A stretch of 64,000 nt of DNA from an uncultured virus (IMG/VR IMGVR_UViG_3300006409_000029) (lineage: Duplodnaviria; Heunggongvirae; Uroviricota; Caudoviricetes): IMG/VR virus record IMGVR_UViG_3300006409_000029; one strand, given 5' to 3'. Positions 57,079 through 64,000 of this stretch are shown here, one piece after another. A program made the translations under genes and the position numbers. The notes beneath the pieces were generated by a model. The model saw nothing but the letters and a program-made list of their open reading frames with translations, made no database searches and had not been told where the DNA came from. How positions within the stretch are numbered: the stretch's first letter is position 1; each line of letters opens with the position of its first letter.

Positions 57079-57402
57079 ATGCACTCTCTCACTCACCCCA
57101 TTTCCCTCATCTTAGCCGTCTGTTTCGCCACGGGCCTGGCGGTATGTCTCCTGAGCCTCGCCAGCCTCCTCGACGACCTGCGTCGGGAGAGGAAGCCCAT
57201 CCTGTGGGAGACGACCCGCGCAGTCAAATGGGCGGGCCATAGCGCCTGGGAGCTGCAATTCACCAGAGGGCGCTTCACCCTCGCCCTCGCCCTCAACTTC
57301 CACTACTGGGTCATCGGCCTCGCATTGCGAGGGGGCGAAGATTCCCGCCTGGCCTTCTACCTCGGCCCACTGGGCCTCACTCTCATGCTGGATAGGAGGT
57401 GA
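57079..57402 (+). CDS. Membrane protein
   Basis: RBS, N-terminal TM. Confidence 0.7.
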   Translation: MHSLTHPISLILAVCFATGLAVCLLSLASLLDDLRRERKPILWETTRAVKWAGHSAWELQFTRGRFTLALALNFHYWVIGLALRGGEDSRLAFYLGPLGLTLMLDRR

Positions 57403-57406
57403 GAGA

Positions 57407-57631
57407 ATGCCCACAGTGATATTCCACGCCGAGTATGCCGACGGCATACACGTATATAACACATACACCCACTCCTACCCCCTCTGTCCAGATTGCCGCC
57501 ATCCACTCGACCTCCACGACCGCTGGAACATCTGCCACGCCGAAGGGTGCGGCTACGCCCCCTGCTCCAGGGAATTTCCAGCAGACGAGGAGACAGGTGA
57601 TACAGAGACCATAAAAGGAGATACCCCATGA
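57407..57631 (+). CDS. Zinc-ribbon protein
   Basis: CPDC..C...CGY. Confidence 0.65.
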   Translation: MPTVIFHAEYADGIHVYNTYTHSYPLCPDCRHPLDLHDRWNICHAEGCGYAPCSREFPADEETGDTETIKGDTP

Positions 57632-57999
57632 AAGCAATGGCATGGCTCTTGAGCGCCACCAGCGCCCTCATGCTCTACCTCATGGGCAATAAAAGCAAAT
57701 GGGGGCCACGCCTGGGCCTCCTCAACCAGGCCCTCTGGATTATATACGCCATCGGCCTGGAACAATACGGCCTCCTGCCAGGCATCGCCCTCTACACCAT
57801 CGTCCACCTGCGTAACCTCTACCACTGGGAGGCCAGGAGGCCCCTCTCCTCTTCCCTCCCAACCCTCATCACCCACACCATCGCCAATATATTGCTAAAC
57901 AAATCCCTGTGGCACGATGAATATGGCCGCCCCATCACCTGGCGCCAGGCACTCCGCCTGACCCGCCATAAGCCTATAAATAAGGAGGAAGAAGTATGA
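57628..57999 (+). CDS. Small multi-TM protein (PnuC-like half repeat)
   Basis: L.GNK..WG..GL.NQ.LWI.YA..QYGL..RN..W. Confidence 0.65.
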   Translation: MKAMAWLLSATSALMLYLMGNKSKWGPRLGLLNQALWIIYAIGLEQYGLLPGIALYTIVHLRNLYHWEARRPLSSSLPTLITHTIANILLNKSLWHDEYGRPITWRQALRLTRHKPINKEEEV

Positions 58000-58321
58000 A
58001 CACAAAAAGAGAAGTCCTCACCGACTGGACTGCCAGCAGCGTCATCGCCACCGGGCGCCTGGAATGGAAACGGGCGTGGTTCATCGGCAGCAAAGACCGC
58101 TACAACGAATACGCCCGCTGGCCCCAAAAGGTAGACCTCGGCGATACCGCCATCATCTGCCGCCGAGGCGTCACATGGGGCCAGACGGCCACGCCCATGA
58201 CCCCAAACCCGTCTACGAAGTCCCCATCACCGAAGCGCTGCTGCGCTTCCTGGAACAGTACAAAGAAGGCGTCCCCATCCACCTCCTCGCCAGGAAAGGA
58301 TACGCCGCCAGGATACGATAA
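57996..58321 (+). pseudogene. Hypothetical gene split by a frameshift at the G run near 58177
   Basis: ..RRGVTWG joins PDGHAHDPKPVYEVPITEALLRFL.. in the -1 frame. Confidence 0.5.
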
Positions 58322-58712
58322 GGCGATAAGGCAGGCAACAAGGGCAGAGAGAGGGGATACACATGGATTGTCCTTTGGGGACACTCAGGTGGTTTTGGAG
58401 GCTTTACAGTGATAGGGTGGAGTAAAGCATGGCGGGGGGCGATTCGACCGGGAAAAAACGGCTCCCCGGTCTTCCAAAACAGCATGGTTAGCCAGGCAAA
58501 TGGCCTTTCCAGACCACCCAATCAGCTTTTTCTAGACATAAGAGTAATAGTCTGAAGTTTGGTGGGAGACCAGGGAGAAAGACATACAAACGCTAACAGC
58601 AAAAAGCGCTTAGTCCCGAATTTACAGTTTATTCCCCCCCCTCTCCCGTCCAGTCCCAAATCGCTCATATGCTGCTATTGCTCATACGATTACGATAGCA
58701 CAGACCTGCAAA

Positions 58713-58748
58713 CAAAAAAGCCAGGCTCCACTTGAGCCTGGCTTTTTC
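58713..58748. terminator. Bidirectional intrinsic terminator
   Basis: AAAAAAAGCCAGGCTC-CACTT-GAGCCTGGCTTTTT. Confidence 0.9.
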
Positions 58749-58760
58749 CTTGACCTGCTG

Positions 58761-60182
58761 CTATCGTTTTTTCTGCATCATATCTATTTGAGCAATAATG
58801 CTCAGCGCTTGTTTTGCAATCCGGGACATAATCTCCATCCGCCGGGACTCATATTCCTGCCCATGCCCCGGATTGGTAACGTGAGACAGTTCATGGACAA
58901 CCGTCTCAAGCACCAGGAAAGCATGTTTGTTCAGCACCCGGTTCGGTTTTACTGCTATGATAATATCGGAGATACTTCCGATGTTCAAACAGATAGCATT
59001 GGCATCTTCTGTGTCCAGTAATAGTCCGGCCGTTATGTTGTAGTGCTTTATCTCCGGGTCTAGCATTTTTACCATCTGCAAAGCATAGCTAATTATCCCT
59101 AATGGTTTGCGATACTTCTTTTTTAATCTCCTTTCATGGAATAGCCTAGATTTTATTGACCGGTTGTGGACTATCGCGTAATCTCCGATATTATCGTTTG
59201 TCCGCATATAGTGCAATATCTTAACAGTATCATCTTCTCCTATGGCTGTTTCAGTCCAATCGCGATTAAAATTGTGTGAACAGACCGTTATGTGTGTTAT
59301 CTTTGCTTTTTTGTCCAACCTACCTTTCTTTATCTGTTCTAATTCATACTTATCTATCACGTCACAAACTTCTCTTTTGACGTGATACAGAAGATAATCG
59401 CGATTCTCTGAAAGTATTTTATTGCTTACCTGCTCAAGCTCAAGGTAATAGCAGTATTCGGATTGAACATGGTCTATTGCTGTGAATAGACCTTTTACGC
59501 GTATGTACAATTCGCCGGGCCATTCGTTTTGTCTGAATTTCTTTCCCCGGTAGACATACAGCCTACCGTCACCTGCAATGCTATTTGATAGCAGTTTGAG
59601 ATTCGATAGTGTTCTACCTTGTTTGACTGTCTCCCCATTCAATTTTATCTGCATTGGGATATTACTCAAGGACATTATGTGAGCAAGGTGTTTGCCTACC
59701 TGTATACTGTTGAACAGCCGTGCACTCTCCTGCTTTTCGGATTCGTCATATATAACGGTAAAACCGTTTTTTCTCCCCGGCTGTTCAATACTTACAATAT
59801 CTGCTGCACCTTGCCCGGTGCAGACAAAATCCAAACTCCGAATCTCCCAATGCGCCATTGCGAATGTGAGTTCTTTTGCTGCACCAAAGCAGCCGAGGGA
59901 GCCGGGTGGTTTTTTGGAGCCGCCCAAGGCAAGATAATACTTTCTAAACTCTTCCAAACTCATACCACAGCCGTTGTCGCTGGCAATCAACTTGTGTGTG
60001 TCTGGCGTTGAAAAGTGCAATGTTGTTGCGCCAGCATCCATAGAGTTTTGTATCAATTCCCGGATTAAGGCTCTACAGACATTGTTGTACTGTTGCCTTA
60101 CACGTTTTGCGAAGTGGAAAGTTGGCAATACGATACTTTCCTTGTGCACTGTGTTGTGCTCATTCGTCTTTGTGCTGTTCAT
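58761..60182 (-). CDS. GHKL (Hsp90/MORC-like) ATPase with C-terminal HEXXH motif
   Basis: RELIQNSMDA, DNGCGM, GGSKK..G.FG; VVHELSH....HGQEY; low GC. Confidence 0.85.
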   Translation of the reverse strand: MNSTKTNEHNTVHKESIVLPTFHFAKRVRQQYNNVCRALIRELIQNSMDAGATTLHFSTPDTHKLIASDNGCGMSLEEFRKYYLALGGSKKPPGSLGCFGAAKELTFAMAHWEIRSLDFVCTGQGAADIVSIEQPGRKNGFTVIYDESEKQESARLFNSIQVGKHLAHIMSLSNIPMQIKLNGETVKQGRTLSNLKLLSNSIAGDGRLYVYRGKKFRQNEWPGELYIRVKGLFTAIDHVQSEYCYYLELEQVSNKILSENRDYLLYHVKREVCDVIDKYELEQIKKGRLDKKAKITHITVCSHNFNRDWTETAIGEDDTVKILHYMRTNDNIGDYAIVHNRSIKSRLFHERRLKKKYRKPLGIISYALQMVKMLDPEIKHYNITAGLLLDTEDANAICLNIGSISDIIIAVKPNRVLNKHAFLVLETVVHELSHVTNPGHGQEYESRRMEIMSRIAKQALSIIAQIDMMQKKR

Positions 60183-60236
60183 TTTATCTTTCTCCTTTCT
60201 GGCTATATAATGAAAAGACAGCATGATAGAAAAGTG

Positions 60237-60776
60237 TCATGTTGCACTTTTTACCATGCTGTTTATGCGCTTTTGCAGTTCGGAGATTTGTTTATTCAAG
60301 CCAATCAATTGCTGTTCCAATTGCGTCTTTTGAATTATCAAATCGCTGTGCTTCTCCATAAGTGCTTTCAAATCATTACTTTCGCTGCTATTATTCAGCA
60401 TAGCTTGAGCAAACTCTTTGAGTTCCACAAGAGTATGTTCCTGTGCAAACTCAAACAAATCATAGAGTTGACTCATACTTAGCGTATGCTGTTTATGTAG
60501 TTGCATGATGTATGCTGTTTTTGCTATGCCAATACTGTCAATCCAATCCCAGGATATGTCTAGCAAGACAGCAAAGTTGTAGATGTTCGCTAATCTGTAG
60601 AGCTGCTGACGTGACATTCCACATTGTTGAGCAAAACGCTCTACAGTGCAATATGCCCTCTCGCTCGCTATCCCTATCAGCGACCGGGCGGCTGTGGCCC
60701 GTTCGCTGATAGGTCTGTTTTTATCAGAAGCTATAGCGATAATCTCTATAGTTGATAATGTCTTATCGCTGTTCAT
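60237..60776 (-). CDS. Putative HTH plus coiled-coil protein
   Basis: VERFAQQCGMSRQQLYRL; C-terminal heptads; low GC. Confidence 0.65.
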   Translation of the reverse strand: MNSDKTLSTIEIIAIASDKNRPISERATAARSLIGIASERAYCTVERFAQQCGMSRQQLYRLANIYNFAVLLDISWDWIDSIGIAKTAYIMQLHKQHTLSMSQLYDLFEFAQEHTLVELKEFAQAMLNNSSESNDLKALMEKHSDLIIQKTQLEQQLIGLNKQISELQKRINSMVKSAT

Positions 60777-60799
60777 TCTACTCTCCTTTTCTGGCTTTT

Positions 60800-60814
60800 G
60801 TCTCATAATGTTAC
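60800..60814. promoter_or_regulatory. Operator-like palindrome GTnnCATnATGnnAC, copy 1
   Basis: GTCTCATAATGTTAC just downstream of the leftward -10; other copies at 61112, 62084 and 63146. Confidence 0.6.
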
Positions 60815-60820
60815 ATATAT

Positions 60821-60850
60821 ATTATACCAAATTTGACCTACAAATGTCAA
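60821..60850 (-). promoter_or_regulatory. Sigma70 promoter (leftward)
   Basis: TTGACA-18 nt-TATAAT with TG extension. Confidence 0.8.
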
Positions 60851-60979
60851 CCCTTTGCACAATATTTGTCAAAATTTGTCAGTGTTGCACAGTTCAGCGG
60901 CCCGGAGTGCGCGATGTTGCGCGATTTACGTCGAAAACCATGCGCGTTTCTGCTCATTTTTGTCCAAATAATGCAGTGA

Positions 60980-61440
60980 GAATTTGACATTGATTTGACG
61001 CAAATTTGAGCACAGTTTGAGCACAGTTTGAGCATAAGCTAAGAGCACAATACAGCATGTTTTGAGCATGATAGCAGCACCAAAAGAGCATGTTGATTGT
61101 GCCGGCCGGGTGTAACATGATGTTACAGTGCAAACCGAACAGCGCCCGCCGGCCCGCCTGGCCTTCCCTCCTCCGCGGCCCCGGCGGCCTGGCCGCCGGA
61201 CTAGACGACAAACTAGAGTGCAAACTAGAGTGCAAACTAGAGACCAAACTAGAGCACAACTTGCGCTCTAGACTAGCGCTCAAATGAATGTCAAATCGCA
61301 GCGAAACTAGAGCGAAAACTAGAGACCGAAAACGCGCAAGAGTGCGCAAAAAACCGCGCAATATCACGCACCCCCGAAGCCTAAACGCGCAAAACTAGAC
61401 AGCGAAAACTCGCCAAACGCGCAAAAGTGCGCAGCAATGA
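60980..61440. repeat. Non-coding short-repeat region
   Basis: TTTGAGCA three times at an 11-bp period (61006-61035); CAAACTAGAG four times at a 12-bp period (61209-61254); further AAACTAGA and AAACGCGCAA copies. Confidence 0.9.
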
Positions 61441-61469
61441 CAAATTTTGTGCAAAACACAAATTGGGTC

Positions 61470-61498
61470 TTGACATTTGTCAATTTTTTTGATATAAT
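61470..61498 (+). promoter_or_regulatory. Consensus sigma70 promoter (rightward)
   Basis: TTGACA-17 nt-TATAAT; the -35 lies within the inverted repeat TTGACA-TT-TGTCAA. Confidence 0.9.
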
Positions 61499-61659
61499 GG
61501 TATAAAATCATATAAGGAGGGGAAAGGTGAACAGCAACAAAAAGAAGTCAAATTATTACCCGCTCCGCCGGCTGGAGGCCCGCCTAGCGCGGAGGGAGGC
61601 CCGCCGGCGCAACCGCCGGGGGGATGCCCCCCGGAGGGAAAAGGAATGGAGGTGAGAAT

Positions 61660-61872
61660 ATGTATCGACAATTGCCCGTATTGTGGCGGGCGGCGCTTGC
61701 GCATTCCAAACGGTTCAACCCTCCACACCTTTCAATCATTATCGGCGCTAACTTCGTCGAATGTCTGGAATGCGGGGCCCACGCCCATGTGGAGGAATGG
61801 ACAGAAGACACGATGTTAATTACCCACAACGGCGGCAATGAACAAAAGAGAATCAGTCCGGAAGAGTTCTAA
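61660..61872 (+). CDS. Small hypothetical protein (CxxC)
   Basis: GGAGGTG RBS. Confidence 0.65.
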   Translation: MYRQLPVLWRAALAHSKRFNPPHLSIIIGANFVECLECGAHAHVEEWTEDTMLITHNGGNEQKRISPEEF

Positions 61873-61882
61873 GGAGGTGAAA

Positions 61883-62092
61883 ATGGCAACGATAAAATCT
61901 ATCGAAAAGAGCACAACGTGGGACTTAAACTTGAAGTGTCCCCGGCATATCGGAAACAACGTCGTCTCCGTCGTCGTATTTGACGACGGGGATGAAGATG
62001 TTTACTGCTGGTGTGGAGTGCTCCTGGCGTTTCGGCGCAATGGAGTGCTCTACACCCACCCCACCACAGACCCCCGAAAAACAGTCACATAA
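61883..62092 (+). CDS. Small Cys/His protein
   Basis: AAGGAGGTG RBS; CPRH..CWCG. Confidence 0.65.
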   Translation: MATIKSIEKSTTWDLNLKCPRHIGNNVVSVVVFDDGDEDVYCWCGVLLAFRRNGVLYTHPTTDPRKTVT

Positions 62093-62407
62093 TGCGACAA
62101 AGGAGGTGGCGGCATGATATATAGTCTGACCTGCCCCGCCGGCCTGGATGATGCACAGGCGGCCCTGTGGCCGGCTGTGCTGGACTACCTCTTAGACGGG
62201 CAGGACTGGGAAGAATTATCAGAAGAAGAACAAAACAGAATAATAACCGAGGCCCTGAACATGATTCAGGCAGCCTAACGGCGGCTTGCCCGCCGCCGTC
62301 TGGGGGGAAGGCGCTTACCCCCAGGCGATGGCGGGCAAGCGCTTTTTCCGCCGTCAACCGCCACGCCCGCCTGATGGCGGCTGACTAGACAAACTAGGAG
62401 GTGGAAG

Positions 62408-63136
62408 ATGGAGAAAAATTTGACGAAAGAGATAATCGCTGAGATGCTGGTGGAGCCGGTACCTCATAGCTTTTTGGACTCCGGCTATGCTTACGGCTAC
62501 AATCACGAAAGAAACCTGTTTCGTGAATTTGAGAAAGAGCCAGAGGTCAAGCTAGAGGTCTGGGAAGATGAGTTCATTGCGCGGGTGCCGCTATATCACT
62601 TTCTGACCGCTAACCTGGAGTATGACCGGTTAGCGGACGAGTTGACCGCCGATTTGTGGCGGTTCGCCGAGGAGGATAACTGGAGCCGAGAGCCGTGGCA
62701 TATCGTGATTGAAGAATGGGCCGCCGCGCGGGGCCACGGCCTACTCCGAGGGGGAAACACCTACAACTTTGATTGTGTACTAGACCAGGATTTTACGTGG
62801 TACGAGTTATTTCCGGATGAGCCGGATGCCCTGGACGCGTTTGAGGCAGAGTACCTAATTATCCGGGTCCACGGCGGATGCGATATTCGCGGTGGGTATA
62901 CAGCGCCGCGGATATTCCGGGTCTATGATTTGTATGAGTTCTTTGCGGGAATGGTAGACCTGGGGGCCATTTGCCAATGCAGCCAGTTTTTTAGTGATGA
63001 TGCGGGATGGCACTGGTACCCCAACGCCACGACGGAGGACAAAAAGCCGTCCTGGAGGCTTGACCCGGACAATCAGAAAGTTTTTTGCCGCAAGTGCAAC
63101 GGGGAGGTGACGTTTGGAGCATATTTGAGCTATTAG
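62408..63136 (+). CDS. Conserved-looking phage hypothetical protein
   Basis: FLDSG.AYG.N.ERN, NTYN and HGGCDIRGGYT.P motifs; strong RBS. Confidence 0.8.
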   Translation: MEKNLTKEIIAEMLVEPVPHSFLDSGYAYGYNHERNLFREFEKEPEVKLEVWEDEFIARVPLYHFLTANLEYDRLADELTADLWRFAEEDNWSREPWHIVIEEWAAARGHGLLRGGNTYNFDCVLDQDFTWYELFPDEPDALDAFEAEYLIIRVHGGCDIRGGYTAPRIFRVYDLYEFFAGMVDLGAICQCSQFFSDDAGWHWYPNATTEDKKPSWRLDPDNQKVFCRKCNGEVTFGAYLSY

Positions 63137-63334
63137 TCACATTTAGTCGCATAATGTTACACGCTGGCAACCCAGATGCAGGCGCGGCTTGCCCCGCGCC
63201 GCCAGGGGGGAGCGCGGCGCTCCCCTGGCGGGGCCGGGCAAGCGGCATAGCGCCGAGGGGTAGTATCCGCGTCGGGCCGCCGCCCGGCCCCGGCGGCCCG
63301 ACTAGATAACTAGACCATGAAAGGAGGTGAGGGT

Positions 63335-63625
63335 ATGGACAAGCTGGATAACAAACTAGAGCTGAGTTTTAAGGATGACGCCGAGTATTTGGCGGCAATC
63401 CTTAAGGATGCGGGGGTGCCCGTTGAGGTCGAAGGCAGCAAGGTGGTCTTCCCATCGGCCCAGGCGTTGGAAGACTACCTAGAGTTTTGTACAACTATGG
63501 GCATAGACGCCTATAGTTATGAGTTCCTCTATGACAATGTGGAAGGCTGCTATACTTGCCCGCTGGAAAATAATTGTCCGGTAGACCTCTACGGGCCAGG
63601 TTTCTGCCCGTTTGAGGTTGGATAA
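63335..63625 (+). CDS. Acidic hypothetical protein with Cys cluster
   Basis: AAGGAGGTG RBS; CYTCPL..C..C. Confidence 0.7.
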   Translation: MDKLDNKLELSFKDDAEYLAAILKDAGVPVEVEGSKVVFPSAQALEDYLEFCTTMGIDAYSYEFLYDNVEGCYTCPLENNCPVDLYGPGFCPFEVG

Positions 63626-63646
63626 AAACCAAAAGGAGGTGGAAAG

Positions 63647-64000
63647 ATGAATAATAGAATTGAGATTCCCGACTCACTGGGTATCAGCCTGGAGGCTGAT
63701 GGCGCCGACCTGGACATTTTATTTGACTTTGGCCCCTGGGTTGGGGTTAGAATAATCTCAAATCCAGACGCCACTGTAGTTCATGACTACGGCTGGCGCG
63801 ACGGGCCGGAGGAGATTATTGTATACCCCTCCCTGGAGGAGGCAATCGCCGAAGAGATAGACGTTTTCGCGGAGAGCTGGCCGTTGGAAGACTGGCCGGA
63901 GACGCCGCGAGAATACGTTGACCTCCTGCTGGATTACATCAAGGAGCTAACGCAACGCGGCTGTGTGGACGGCCTCGGCCAGGAACGCGGCGGCGCCTTG
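63647..64000 (+). CDS. Acidic hypothetical protein, 3' partial
   Basis: AAGGAGGT RBS; open to the window end. Confidence 0.7.
   Translation, partial: MNNRIEIPDSLGISLEADGADLDILFDFGPWVGVRIISNPDATVVHDYGWRDGPEEIIVYPSLEEAIAEEIDVFAESWPLEDWPETPREYVDLLLDYIKELTQRGCVDGLGQERGGAL

Noticed and set aside
60800..60828. dif/Xer attachment site, suggested by CATAATGT
   Set aside because: No XerD arm at the correct spacing; better explained by the four-copy palindrome.
61200..61260. 12-bp repeats as a mini-CRISPR or as the coding ORF 61090-61287
   Set aside because: No spacers; the ORF lacks an RBS and is low complexity.

Overview
The whole window is part of a tailed dsDNA phage genome (long tape measure, no sheath: siphovirus-like). 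It is larger than the window, since ORFs run off both ends, and I see no integrase, polymerase, primase or helicase. The minus strand (51238 to 5166) carries terS, terL, portal and head morphogenesis genes, then a separately promoted ~20-kb insert, then protease/scaffold, decoration, capsid, neck, tail tube, a frameshifted chaperone, tape measure, Dit, hub, fibres and lysis genes. The insert holds a SAM methyltransferase, a secreted LamG-cohesin-dockerin-glycoside hydrolase protein, seven glycosyltransferase genes (eight GT domains), a Com-like zinc finger, two zinc peptidases, membrane proteins and a second glycoside hydrolase. An IsrB (HNH-less IscB relative) with its omega/HEARO RNA sits inside the tail operon. 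The plus strand starts with a giant repeat fibre (hypervariable beta-propeller, Fn3-like domain, 18-aa repeats). From 51.3 kb it carries a truncated RuvC, GH25 lysozyme, a sulfotransferase-like gene, a DNA methylase and many small genes. The right end holds a low-GC GHKL-ATPase/HEXXH cassette, a repeat-rich divergent promoter region, a four-copy palindromic operator and repeated hairpin elements. Some domain types suggest a Chloroflexota host (inference). All family calls come from motif recognition by eye; no database search was run.
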